From Minisyncoccia bacterium (GTDB lineage Bacteria; Patescibacteriota; Minisyncoccia; Phycocordibacterales; JAKFXT01), in the NCBI GenBank assembly GCA_041485465.1, contig JBGPJO010000002.1:6629-70628 (forward strand): 64,000 nt of DNA, in the 5' to 3' direction. Below, piece after piece: positions 46,529-56,268 of this stretch; the first letter of the stretch is position 1, and each line of letters starts with the position of its first letter. The position numbers were made by a program, and so were the translations under genes. A model generated the notes under the pieces. It was not told the origin of the DNA, did not search any database, and worked only from the letters and a program-made list of their open reading frames with translations.

Positions 46529-47368
46529 GTGGTTAATTTCCCAGATCTTATCGCTCTTTTTTTCTTCATTCTCGGCGCAATCGCCGGCAGTTTTCTTAAT
46601 GTGGTTATTATTCGTTTTGGCACAGGGCGTACGCCCTCAGGCAGATCACACTGCCTCTCGTGCGGTAAAACACTAGGTGTCATTGATCTTATTCCGATTT
46701 TGAGTTTCCTTGCTCTTCGGGGGAGGTGTCGGAGCTGTGGGAGCTTGATATCGATTCAATATCCGATTGTCGAGGCGGCAACAGGGCTTTTCTTTCTTCT
46801 TACCTATTTTAAATTCGAGGGCTCCTTTCAAATACTTTCTCTCTTCGATTGTTTGAAGGTAGCCCTCGCTCTTTTTATTGAGATGGTTTTGATTGTTATC
46901 GCGGGCTATGACATTCGCCATAAAATAATTCCCGACAGCCTTGTCTATATTTTTATTATCTCTGGCCTTGTGATCGCCTTCTCACGCTTTATGGTAGGGA
47001 TACAGTTTGGTTTTGACGTCTTTCTTCTCCTGGATCTTCTCTCGGGACCACTTCTTTTTCTTTTTTTCTATATTCTCTGGAAAATTTCGGGCGGCAGATG
47101 GATGGGGCTCGGAGACGCGAAGCTCTCGCTCGGTATCGGCCTTGCTTTGGGATTTCTTTCCGGACTCTCCGCGATCATCTTTGGATTTTGGATCGGTGCG
47201 GTTGTTGGTATACTACTCATTGTTTTTTCGAAGCTTCTCCCCCCGCTTCGTTTGAAGGGCTCTTCAATTGCCGTTACAATGAAGACGGAAATCCCGTTTG
47301 CCCCGTTCCTTATTCTTGGAGCGGCAATCGCGTTTTTCTCAGGACTTAATGCATTTTTCATTTTTTAG
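46529..47368 (+). CDS. pilD: Prepilin peptidase
   Basis: GSFLNV, CLSC/CRSC, YDI, MGLGD, IPFAPF. Confidence 0.95.
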   Translation: MVNFPDLIALFFFILGAIAGSFLNVVIIRFGTGRTPSGRSHCLSCGKTLGVIDLIPILSFLALRGRCRSCGSLISIQYPIVEAATGLFFLLTYFKFEGSFQILSLFDCLKVALALFIEMVLIVIAGYDIRHKIIPDSLVYIFIISGLVIAFSRFMVGIQFGFDVFLLLDLLSGPLLFLFFYILWKISGGRWMGLGDAKLSLGIGLALGFLSGLSAIIFGFWIGAVVGILLIVFSKLLPPLRLKGSSIAVTMKTEIPFAPFLILGAAIAFFSGLNAFFIF

Positions 47369-47942
47369 AAATCCGGGGAAGATGACTTCCGGCTTTACGC
47401 TGGTTGAGATGATAGTGTCGCTCAGTATCTTTGCTGTTATCACGGGCGTGGTGCTCGCGCATTACAAGGATTTTAGCGGCGGCATTGTACTCTCGAATCT
47501 TGCCTATGAGATGGCGACAACCATCCGCCAAGCCCAAGTCTACGGTATTTCCGTGAAGGGGGCAGGACCGTCCACCTTTAATCTTCGGTATGGCGTTCAC
47601 CTTGTCTATCCGACTAATAACACCTTCATTTTATTCGCCGATCTTGATGGCAATCAGCAGTATTCGGGTTCATCCGAAATCGTCGAAAATTTGACCCCAA
47701 GTCAAGGGAACATCATCAGTGATTTCTGCGGTACTCTTGCTACCGGAGTTTCCGAATGCGCTGCAAGTGATCCCTTATTGACCTGGCTTGATATTACATT
47801 TTTACGTCCGAATCCGGATGCGATTTTCTTAAATAGTAAAGGGGCATTGTATCAGTCGGCCTCGATTATTGTTAAATCTCCTATAACAGGAAGGATAAAG
47901 ACGATTGTCATCCGCTCGACAGGTCAAATTTCCGTTAACTGA
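47349..47942 (+). CDS. Minor pilin, FimT/GspH-like
   Basis: GFTLVEMIV; start uncertain (47349 or 47382). Confidence 0.85.
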   Translation: MHFSFFRNPGKMTSGFTLVEMIVSLSIFAVITGVVLAHYKDFSGGIVLSNLAYEMATTIRQAQVYGISVKGAGPSTFNLRYGVHLVYPTNNTFILFADLDGNQQYSGSSEIVENLTPSQGNIISDFCGTLATGVSECAASDPLLTWLDITFLRPNPDAIFLNSKGALYQSASIIVKSPITGRIKTIVIRSTGQISVN

Positions 47943-47950
47943 CCACTATA

Positions 47951-48541
47951 GTGTATACAAAGATTCGAAAAAAAGTAGTAAGCGGTTTTACTCTCATAGA
48001 AATGATGGTATCGGTTTCGATTTTTGCAATTGTCATGCTGATGGCAACCGGCGCACTGCTTTCAATTATTGATACTAATCGTAAAGCCCAATCCCAACAA
48101 ACTTCTTTTACCGAGCTTAATTTTGCACTCGAAAGCATGTCGAGGGCAATCAGGGTTGGTTCGACCTTTCGCTGCATCCCCGACTCGTACTCAAATATCA
48201 ACATCGATCAACCGCAGGATTGTGCGGGCGGTGGCGGAGCCTTTGCTTTCGAGGCTTTCAATGGCTCTCCGGCAAACCCGAATGACCAAATCGTTTATCG
48301 TCTAAACGGCACCCAGATTGAACGTTCGCTCCAAGGCGGGGGAGGTAGCAGTTTCGTGCCAGTCACTTCTCCGGAGATAGTGATTCAAGATCTTTCGTTT
48401 TACACTCGAGGCTCAGTCTCAGGAGATGGTCTTCAGCCGCTTGTTCTTATTTCAATCTACGGCTATGCCGGATCGACGACGAAAACGAGAGTCGATTTCA
48501 ATGTTCAAACAACAATCACCGAGCGTCTGCGCGATTTGTAA
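47951..48541 (+). CDS. Minor pilin, PilW/GspJ-like
   Basis: GFTLIEMMV. Confidence 0.87.
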   Translation: MYTKIRKKVVSGFTLIEMMVSVSIFAIVMLMATGALLSIIDTNRKAQSQQTSFTELNFALESMSRAIRVGSTFRCIPDSYSNINIDQPQDCAGGGGAFAFEAFNGSPANPNDQIVYRLNGTQIERSLQGGGGSSFVPVTSPEIVIQDLSFYTRGSVSGDGLQPLVLISIYGYAGSTTKTRVDFNVQTTITERLRDL

Positions 48542-48542
48542 T

Positions 48543-49085
48543 ATGTATACAAGGGAAAAAAATGAATTACGGAGGGTCTCCCAAAAAGGCGGCTATACGC
48601 TTCTTGAAACCCTTATCGCTATATTTATTTTAACTCTTGTCATTGTCGGGCCGATGTCTGTTGCCTCTCGAACACTTTTTTCGGCGACTATCGCGAGACA
48701 GCAGGTTATCGCTTTTTATCTTGCCCAGGAAGCGATCGAGAGCATTAGAAATATCAGAGACCAAAACTCTCTGAGCGGAAGCTGGCTCACTGATTTGCCG
48801 GCATTGGGGCAAAATTTCACTATTGATGTTACCGCCATTAATCCCGGTACGAATAAGCCGACCATGACTCTTTGTGCGGCGAGTTGTCCTCCGATTAATT
48901 ATGATCTCGCGACCCATTTGTATCAATATCAAACAGGAACACCGAGCGATTTTACTCGTACTGTTCGGATTGATTCGGTTCCCGATAAAACTGATGAAGT
49001 GGCGGTTTCCGTAACCATCGATTGGAGTGTTGGAAAAATCCCGCGAAGTTTTACCGCCCGGGAAAACATTTTTAACTGGCAATAG
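48543..49085 (+). CDS. Minor pilin, PilV-like
   Basis: GYTLLETLIA, AQEAIE. Confidence 0.85.
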   Translation: MYTREKNELRRVSQKGGYTLLETLIAIFILTLVIVGPMSVASRTLFSATIARQQVIAFYLAQEAIESIRNIRDQNSLSGSWLTDLPALGQNFTIDVTAINPGTNKPTMTLCAASCPPINYDLATHLYQYQTGTPSDFTRTVRIDSVPDKTDEVAVSVTIDWSVGKIPRSFTARENIFNWQ

Positions 49086-49086
49086 T

Positions 49087-49611
49087 ATGAAACGCATGCG
49101 ATCAACTGAGAGGGGTTCAACGCTTTTTATTGCCGTTCTTCTGTCATCCCTTCTTCTTGCGATCGGCTTCTCGCTTGCCAATTTCGCCACCAAGCAAATT
49201 ATTATTTCAACTGCCGGCCGCGAATCCCAATTTGCTTTCTACGCGGCCGACACCGGCGTTGAGTGTGCTCTTTACTGGGATTTCAAGGCGCCTTCCGGAA
49301 GCGCCTTTGCTACTTCAAGCGATTCTGTTACCTACGGTCTAGTTCCCTCTTCCGGAATAAAGTGCAACAGTCACGACATTGCGGCCGGGCCACCAGTTGA
49401 AACTATTATTACAAATGGAAATCGGGCGACTACGACCTTTGGGTTCGATTTTTCTCCGCAACCATATTGTGCGATTGTTGTTGTCGGGAAATCTCCCGGA
49501 GCAACGATAATCGAATCTCACGGGTATAACATCGGCACGCTCTCATCGGGCCCCGCCTGTCTTACGGATAATCCGCGACAGATCGAACGTGCTATCAGGG
49601 TTCGCTACTAG
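49087..49611 (+). CDS. PilX-like minor pilin
   Basis: RGSTLFIA without Glu5; AFYAADTGVECA. Confidence 0.82.
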   Translation: MKRMRSTERGSTLFIAVLLSSLLLAIGFSLANFATKQIIISTAGRESQFAFYAADTGVECALYWDFKAPSGSAFATSSDSVTYGLVPSSGIKCNSHDIAAGPPVETIITNGNRATTTFGFDFSPQPYCAIVVVGKSPGATIIESHGYNIGTLSSGPACLTDNPRQIERAIRVRY

Positions 49612-49640
49612 TTTTTCCAGACTTTCGGTACTATAGAGGA

Positions 49641-51668
49641 ATGACGGAAAAGCCCATACATAGAGCCTCAAAAGAAGTTACTCTGCGCGCCAAAAAACTG
49701 CGGGAGACGATTGATCACTACCGGTACCTCTATCATGTGCTTGATACGGTGGCAATTCCGGAAGAAGCACTCGATTCTTTAAAACACGAGCTTTTGAAGC
49801 TTGAAGAAGTATATCCGGAGCTTATCACGCCAGATTCTCCGACCCAACGTGTCGGCGGCATACCGCTTAAGGAATTCAAAAAAGTTAAACACAAGGTGCC
49901 GCAGTGGTCTTTCAACGATGTTTTTTCTCCCGGAGAGTTGAGAGAATTTGACACCAAGGTCAAACGTTTCTTGAAAGACTCTACACCAACCTATACTTGC
50001 GAGCTTAAAATCGACGGACTCAAAGTAATTTTCGAATATGAGAAAGGGATTTTCACAAGGGCAGCGACTCGCGGGGATGGCGTTATCGGTGAAGAGGTCA
50101 CCCATAATGTACGAACGATAGAATCACTGCCGCTTAAGCTCTTAAAACCGGTTGATATTGTTGTTGAGGGCGAGGTCTGGATGAAAAAATCAACACTTCA
50201 AAACCTCAATCGCGAGCGAAAAAAGAAGGGGGAAGAACCATTTGCAAATCCCCGAAACGTTGCCGCCGGTTCCATCCGCCAGCTTGATCCGAAAATCGCC
50301 GCCTCGCGCAAACTCGAAGTGTATATCTATGACGCCGATCTCTCTTCGGTTCCAATTCCCGGCAGCCAGCATAAAGAACTTGAGTTTTTACGGGAACTCG
50401 GTTTTAAAGTCAATCTGAATTTCAAGCATGTTACTTCAATTGAAGAAGCGATTTCTTATTGGCAAGACTGGAAAAAACGCGCGCCGAAAGAAGAGTATCA
50501 AATTGACGGCATCGTTGTTAAAGTTGACGAAAAAAAAATACAGGAGCGCCTCGGTTACACAGGAAAAGCGCCGCGCTTCGCGATCGCTTTTAAATTTCCG
50601 GCCGAGCAAGTAACGACTCGGGTTCAAGGTATTACTGTTCAAGTCGGCCGGACCGGCATCTTGACTCCCGTTGCCCATCTCAAACCCACGTTGGTCTATG
50701 GTTCGGTCGTCTCCCGAGCGACGCTTCACAATGAGGATGAGATCAGAAGGCTTGATGTCAGAATCGGGGATACCGTTATTCTTCAGAAGGCGGGTGACGT
50801 CATTCCCGACGTTGTTTCGGTCCTTAAAGAAATGCGGACCGGTAAGGAAAAAATCTTTCACATACCAAAGAAATGTCCCGAATGCGACTCTCTTGTCAGA
50901 AAGAAAAAAATCGGCAGTGGGGAAGAAAGCTCCGGGTATTACTGCCTCAATCCGAAGTGCCCGGCAAAAGACAGGCGGCGTCTGTACCACTTCACTTCAA
51001 AGCACGCCTTCGATATCGAGGGATTAGGACCTAAAATCATAGATCTTCTGGTCGAGAATCAGCTCGTATCGACCTATGATGATTTTTTCACTCTCGAAAA
51101 GGGCGACCTCTTGGCGCTCCCGCGCTTTGCCGAAAAATCGGCTGATAATTTGCTTTCCGCGATTTCAAAAGGGAAGCATGTGGAATTACCGTGGCTCATT
51201 ATTGCTCTCTCGATTCCACAGGTAGGGGAAGAAACCGCTTACGATCTCGCCTTGCGGTTTAAAACGATTGAAAAACTAGTTCACGCTTCAAGAGAAGAAT
51301 TGCGAAGCATCGAGGGCGTCGGCGATGTCGTCGCTGATTCAATTACCGCATGGTTTTCCGATTCTCATAATAAAAAAATGCTTGAAAAACTACTCGCTGT
51401 TATTTCCGTCAAAAAAACGGAAGCCGCGGCTCTACAGGGAGGGAAATTTTCCGGAAAAACAGTCGTTCTGACCGGTACACTCTTGAATTTTTCGCGTGAT
51501 GAGGCGAAAGAGCTCATTCGGAAAGCGGGCGGCGACGTTTCGGGAAGCGTTTCCCAAAAAACGGATTTTGTCGTCGCTGGCGAGAATCCCGGTTCGAAGT
51601 TTGATGATGCCAAGGAATTCGGCGTCAGGGTTCTCTCCGAAGACGAGTTTATGAAAATGATCAAATAA
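49641..51668 (+). CDS. ligA: NAD-dependent DNA ligase
   Basis: ELKIDG, TRGDG, FANPRN, Zn finger, BRCT. Confidence 0.99.
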   Translation: MTEKPIHRASKEVTLRAKKLRETIDHYRYLYHVLDTVAIPEEALDSLKHELLKLEEVYPELITPDSPTQRVGGIPLKEFKKVKHKVPQWSFNDVFSPGELREFDTKVKRFLKDSTPTYTCELKIDGLKVIFEYEKGIFTRAATRGDGVIGEEVTHNVRTIESLPLKLLKPVDIVVEGEVWMKKSTLQNLNRERKKKGEEPFANPRNVAAGSIRQLDPKIAASRKLEVYIYDADLSSVPIPGSQHKELEFLRELGFKVNLNFKHVTSIEEAISYWQDWKKRAPKEEYQIDGIVVKVDEKKIQERLGYTGKAPRFAIAFKFPAEQVTTRVQGITVQVGRTGILTPVAHLKPTLVYGSVVSRATLHNEDEIRRLDVRIGDTVILQKAGDVIPDVVSVLKEMRTGKEKIFHIPKKCPECDSLVRKKKIGSGEESSGYYCLNPKCPAKDRRRLYHFTSKHAFDIEGLGPKIIDLLVENQLVSTYDDFFTLEKGDLLALPRFAEKSADNLLSAISKGKHVELPWLIIALSIPQVGEETAYDLALRFKTIEKLVHASREELRSIEGVGDVVADSITAWFSDSHNKKMLEKLLAVISVKKTEAAALQGGKFSGKTVVLTGTLLNFSRDEAKELIRKAGGDVSGSVSQKTDFVVAGENPGSKFDDAKEFGVRVLSEDEFMKMIK

Positions 51669-51685
51669 GGTACTATACGCCGACA

Positions 51686-51970
51686 ATGATTTCTGACGAG
51701 ACAATAAAAAAATTGCTCTCACTCGCTCGGATTGAGGTCTCGGACGAGGAGAAAGAAAAACTTCGCCAAGATGTCGAAAACATTTTGGGGTATGTCGGCG
51801 AAATTGAAAAGGCGGCAGTTCAGATTGATTCTACGCCAAAGGCAGGAGAACTTAAAAATGTCATGCGCGAAGACAAAGAACCTCACGAGAGCGGGCTCTA
51901 TAGTGAAAAAATTCTTAGGGAGGCTCCGGAGCGGAAAGATGATTACATCTCGGTGAAGAAAATACTGTAA
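51686..51970 (+). CDS. gatC: Amidotransferase subunit C
   Basis: LARI, MRED, AP; adjacent to gatA. Confidence 0.92.
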   Translation: MISDETIKKLLSLARIEVSDEEKEKLRQDVENILGYVGEIEKAAVQIDSTPKAGELKNVMREDKEPHESGLYSEKILREAPERKDDYISVKKIL

Positions 51971-53391
51971 TGAATACCTTAATTCAAAATTTAACCCTCG
52001 ATGACGCTCGGAAAGGCCTTTTGGAAAAGAAATTTTCCGCTCGGGAGCTTGCGGAGAGTTCTCTTTCTGTTATTAAGGAAAAGGATTCTGAAATTCACGC
52101 TTTTCTTGAGGTCTTTGAAGATGTTTTGTTGCAAGCCGATCGTGCCGATACAGCTATTGCGGCAGGGGAAAGGGGAGCGCTTCTTGGGATTCCTCTTGCC
52201 ATCAAAGATAATATTTTGATTGACGGAAGAAAAGCGAGCGCCGCATCGAAAATTCTTGAAGGATACACCGCATCCTATGATGCAACCGTTATAGGAAAAC
52301 TGAAAAATGAGGGGGGAATATTTATTGGCCGTACCAACATGGACGAATTTGGCATGGGAAGTTCGACTGAAAACTCAGCGTTCGGTCCCACTAAAAATCC
52401 CTTTGATACCTTGCGTGTTCCTGGCGGGTCCTCAGGCGGTTCCGCAGCGGCGATTTCAATGGGCGCTACTTTGGCGGCTCTCGGAACCGATACCGGTGGC
52501 TCCGTCAGGCAGCCGGCAAGCCTCTGCGGTCTTGTCGGGCTGAAGCCGACTTATGGCGCGCTTTCGCGCTTTGGCGTGATCGCGCTCGGTACGTCGCTTG
52601 ACCAGGTGGGACTGCTGACAAAAACTGTTGCTGACTCCGAAATTCTCTTCTCGATTTTGCGCAGCCACGATCCGCTTGATAGTACTTCTTTACCGGACTC
52701 TTTTTTTAAAAAGCACTCGATTACAGAGAGGCTCTCGATAGGAATTCCGCGCGATCTTCTCGGCGAGGGGATTGACAAAGAGGTGCGGCGCATCTTTGAA
52801 GCGGCGGTTTTAAAATTTAAATCGCTTGGCTTTACGGTAAAGGAAGTAAGCTTGCCAAACGCGCGTTATGCGCTCTCGATATATTACATAGTGCTGCCGG
52901 CTGAAATTTCAGCGAACCTGGCACGTTATGATGGCATGCGCTTTGGCGTGAGGGAGAGAGGAGAAAATCTTCTTCAGGATTATCTAAAGACCAGGGGGTT
53001 GGGTTTTGGTAGAGAGCCGCGGCGCCGTATTATTTTGGGGACCTATGTACTCTCCCATGGTTACTATGACGCCTACTACAATAAAGCGACGGCCCTTCGG
53101 GAACTTTTAAGGAAAGATTACGAAAATGCTTTCCGTGAAGTTGATATACTGATAACACCGACCGCTCCCACATCAGCATTTAAAATCGGAGAGAAGACTA
53201 ACGATCCGCTCACCATGTACCTTGAAGATATTTTCACCACCCCTGTCTCCCTTGCCGGCATCCCCGCGCTCTCGATTCCCGGAGGTATGACATCTAGTAA
53301 CCCTTCGCTTCCGGTTGGCATCCAGCTCATTGCTCCTAACACCCGTGAGGACCTTCTTTTTCATGTGGGCAAACTGTTTGAAAAAGCCTAA
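51970..53391 (+). CDS. gatA: Amidotransferase subunit A
   Basis: AIKDNI, PGGSSGGS, DTGGSVRQPA, GYYDAYY. Confidence 0.98.
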   Translation: MNTLIQNLTLDDARKGLLEKKFSARELAESSLSVIKEKDSEIHAFLEVFEDVLLQADRADTAIAAGERGALLGIPLAIKDNILIDGRKASAASKILEGYTASYDATVIGKLKNEGGIFIGRTNMDEFGMGSSTENSAFGPTKNPFDTLRVPGGSSGGSAAAISMGATLAALGTDTGGSVRQPASLCGLVGLKPTYGALSRFGVIALGTSLDQVGLLTKTVADSEILFSILRSHDPLDSTSLPDSFFKKHSITERLSIGIPRDLLGEGIDKEVRRIFEAAVLKFKSLGFTVKEVSLPNARYALSIYYIVLPAEISANLARYDGMRFGVRERGENLLQDYLKTRGLGFGREPRRRIILGTYVLSHGYYDAYYNKATALRELLRKDYENAFREVDILITPTAPTSAFKIGEKTNDPLTMYLEDIFTTPVSLAGIPALSIPGGMTSSNPSLPVGIQLIAPNTREDLLFHVGKLFEKA

Positions 53392-53396
53392 ACGCT

Positions 53397-54371
53397 ATGG
53401 CGGAAGAAAGAGAAAGAGAAAAAAAACCTTCGGGAGAAATTACGGCAATTGAGGTAATGATCGGGGTCGTCATTTTGTTTTTTATTTTAAGCGTCATTTT
53501 TCAGAATATAAGCGCAGGTATTCAAAATGCAAAAGAGGGTACAATTTTTGGCGATCTTAAATTCATCTTTTCAAAAACCGAACAGGCGATCCAACCTCTT
53601 CAGGGAACGGGAGCGCCCGTCTTTACAATCGGAGAGCGTGTCAGGAATTCTGCCCCTTCTATTCTTTTTGATTATCCGGGTGGTGCACCTCTTAAAGGCA
53701 TCGCCGAAGGCAAAGCGGGGGCTATTGTTGGAGGTCCCGTCCCGTACGGAAATAATACATGGTGGCAGATTCAGTATGATGACGGATCCGTAGGCTGGGT
53801 TGTCGAGAATGCTCTTTCCTCGGAGGCACTGGGCGTCACCCCCGAAAGCCTCCCCCGAATGGAAGGCCCGCTTCTCTTATTCTATTCGGCATATAAAATC
53901 ATCGCTCTCTTAGTTTCTTTCCTGCTTCTTGTCGGTATCGGCTATTCGGTCATACGTCTTTTCCAGATCAGGAATGAAGAGAATTTGAAACTTGAAAGCA
54001 GAACGCTTTTAAATGATGCCTATCCTTTCGAAGAGGCTTCTTCTCAAGAACTGCCGGGAAAAGCGAAATGGGATGTGGTAAAAAGGCACATCGATTCTCC
54101 CTCGGAGAGCGACTGGCGGCTTGCCGTTCTTGAAGCCGATATTTTGCTTGACGAGCTTGTGCGGGAGAAGGGCTGGCTGGGAGAGAATTTGGGGGAGCGT
54201 TTAAAAGGAATAGATAAAAGCGAGTTCCGAACACTCGATAAAGCTTGGGACGCTCATAAAATTAGAAATACGATTGCCCATGAAGGCGCGAACTTCGCCC
54301 TCTCGAATAGGGAAGCGCGCCGGGTGATCGGACTTTTTGAAGAAGTTTTTAAGGAATTTAACTATATTTGA
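53397..54371 (+). CDS. 2-TM protein with SH3-like loop and C-terminal HEPN-like domain
   Basis: TM1; GGP...WWQIQYDDGSVGWV; TM2; EAD..LGERL..RNTIAH. Confidence 0.7.
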   Translation: MAEEREREKKPSGEITAIEVMIGVVILFFILSVIFQNISAGIQNAKEGTIFGDLKFIFSKTEQAIQPLQGTGAPVFTIGERVRNSAPSILFDYPGGAPLKGIAEGKAGAIVGGPVPYGNNTWWQIQYDDGSVGWVVENALSSEALGVTPESLPRMEGPLLLFYSAYKIIALLVSFLLLVGIGYSVIRLFQIRNEENLKLESRTLLNDAYPFEEASSQELPGKAKWDVVKRHIDSPSESDWRLAVLEADILLDELVREKGWLGENLGERLKGIDKSEFRTLDKAWDAHKIRNTIAHEGANFALSNREARRVIGLFEEVFKEFNYI

Positions 54372-54440
54372 CTTTAAATTTTAAGCGTGCTATAATTAAA
54401 AAAGAAGCGTATCGTAGCAAAATCTTTAAGGGAGGTTGCT

Positions 54441-54866
54441 TTGGGTACTCTAAGTCGCGGGGCGGTAACGATCGCCATCCTGACGACCAATAAGAAGGTC
54501 GTCCTCGTCCGTGATCCATCGAAACCGCGCCCTCTCTATTGGAAGTTCTGCGTCGGGGGAATTGACCCGGGAGAAACTCCGGTAGAGGTGGCCCTCCGCG
54601 AGATGGACGAAGAAATCGGACTGACATGGGTCCAGCCTGATCAATTAGTTCTCCTTGGCAAAGAAAATCGAGGGGACCACGGGATGTATTTTTTCGGGAC
54701 CATAATTGATACTCTGGGTATTCCCTATCTTCCCAAAAAGGGAAGGACAGGAGAAGATGTCGGAGTTTTCGATTTAGCGGAGCTTGATTGGATGCGCGAT
54801 TTCGCTCCTTGGAATCGAGCATTTATTTCCTCGCTAAGAAGCCCTTCAGTGGTTTCGGCCGCCTAA
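54441..54866 (+). CDS. NUDIX hydrolase
   Basis: GGIDPGETPVEVALREMDEEIG; GGGAGG before TTG; terminator at 54859-54906. Confidence 0.9.
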   Translation: MGTLSRGAVTIAILTTNKKVVLVRDPSKPRPLYWKFCVGGIDPGETPVEVALREMDEEIGLTWVQPDQLVLLGKENRGDHGMYFFGTIIDTLGIPYLPKKGRTGEDVGVFDLAELDWMRDFAPWNRAFISSLRSPSVVSAA

Positions 54867-54909
54867 GATTCCGCAGTCTGCGGAATCTTAGGCGGTTTTT
54901 TCTTTTCTG

Positions 54910-54982
54910 AGCCAGAGGCCGGGATTGAACCGGCGACCTGCGCGTTACGAATGCGCTGCTCTACCAACTGAGCTACTCTGGC
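54910..54982 (-). tRNA. tRNA-Thr(CGU)
   Basis: GCCAGAG acceptor; loop TTCGTAA. Confidence 0.92.
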
Positions 54983-54998
54983 ACTCGGGGAATCCCGG

Positions 54999-55071
54999 AG
55001 CCGATGGCCAGAATTGAACTGGCGACCTACTCCTTACCATGGAGTTGCTCTACCAACTGAGCTACATCGGC
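54999..55071 (-). tRNA. tRNA-Thr(GGU)
   Basis: GCCGATG acceptor; ACTCC-ATGGTAA-GGAGT. Confidence 0.94.
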
Positions 55072-55235
55072 GAACTGTATGACCGGACCTGGCTACAACT
55101 CTCGGATCGCCCGCACTCGCCTCGGTCGTAGCCCCGACTCGCGGTTTTGCGTACTCGCAAAACAACGCTCCGTCGCGAGTAACCTCGCTCCTATAGTACA
55201 AAAGTTGCTAGAAGCATCTAACAACTTTTGTACTA

Positions 55236-55313
55236 TGGCGCAGTCGACGGGACTTGAACCCGCAACCTCTCGCGTGACAGGCGAGTGCTCTAACCAGGTT
55301 GAGCTACGACTGC
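55236..55313 (-). tRNA. tRNA-Asp(GUC)
   Basis: CTCGC-CTGTCAC-GCGAG; ends GCCA. Confidence 0.94.
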
Positions 55314-55374
55314 ATCTATTGATGCCTCTATTGAACGGCACTACAGTATCATTAAAAACCTCCTCCCTCAATGT

Positions 55375-55632
55375 TTATTTTTTCGCGGCATTCTGGAGCT
55401 CCCTCTGGAGTTTCATAAGTTCCTGGTCATCTTTAATCTTTTCTTGTCTTAACCGAGATGTTTCAGATTCAAGTTTTTTTGATTCAATTTCGATTTTCCG
55501 TATCTCTCCTTCCAATTTAGCTATCTCACCCTTCATCTTTGCGAGCTCACTCTCCTTTTGTCTCAGTTCAGACTCATCTTTTTGGATTTCTTCCCGCAAC
55601 TCCTCTATTGCTCTTCCAATATTGCTATTCAT
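55375..55632 (-). CDS. Small coiled-coil protein
   Basis: 85 aa, continuous E/K heptads. Confidence 0.7.
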   Translation of the reverse strand: MNSNIGRAIEELREEIQKDESELRQKESELAKMKGEIAKLEGEIRKIEIESKKLESETSRLRQEKIKDDQELMKLQRELQNAAKK

Positions 55633-55681
55633 AGTGAAAACACCAGTTAAGATTAATCTCTTTGATTGTACTACAAAATGT

Positions 55682-55755
55682 TGGTGCCGGTGAGTGGAAT
55701 CGGACCACTGTTTAAGGCTTATGAGTCCTTCGTTCTACCATTGAACTACACCGGC
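55682..55755 (-). tRNA. tRNA with CAU anticodon, probably elongator Met
   Basis: GCCGGTG/CACCGGC-ACCA; loop CTCATAA; T-loop TCCGATT. Confidence 0.8.
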
Positions 55756-55839
55756 TAAAAGTCGACTCAAAATAACATTTTTGACTTCTTTTTTAAAGTG
55801 CTGCAGTATACGGAAGGATTTCCTGAGAGAGGGGTCACG

Positions 55840-56070
55840 ATGCAGACATTCGAACAAATGACGCCCGATGACCATTTTATTTTGATCAAAGATGATGGAA
55901 AACCATCCGGTATCTGTAAGAAAACTCGGGACGGCTGTTCTGAGACGGTTCCGTACTTTGACCAGCATGGTTCGTTGAGGAATACCGGAGCTTACGAAGT
56001 GGTTCCCACCCCGAAACCTGATCATCCGGTGCAGAGGGTACGCTTTGGACTTTACGAAGAGGGGAAATAA
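55840..56070 (+). CDS. Hypothetical protein (76 aa)
   Basis: GAGAGGGG before ATG 55840; terminator at 56078-56115. Confidence 0.55.
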   Translation: MQTFEQMTPDDHFILIKDDGKPSGICKKTRDGCSETVPYFDQHGSLRNTGAYEVVPTPKPDHPVQRVRFGLYEEGK

Positions 56071-56116
56071 CCAACCAAAGACCCGCCATGAAAATGGCGG
56101 GTCTCTTATTTCTTTG

Positions 56117-56187
56117 TTGCGGGGGTGGGATTTGCACCCACGTCTTCAGGTTATGAGCCTGACGAATTACTGTTACTCTACCCCGCT
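56117..56187 (-). tRNA. Initiator tRNA-Met(CAU), divergent
   Basis: AGCGGGG/CCCCGCA with 1:72 mismatch; TCAGG-CTCATAA-CCTGA. Confidence 0.85.
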
Positions 56188-56268
56188 ATAAAACGCGATT
56201 ATACAGCATGAGGTGATTAATGAAAAGAGGGCCGCTCTCTGTAAGCCCCATCTGCTATAATCGTTAGA

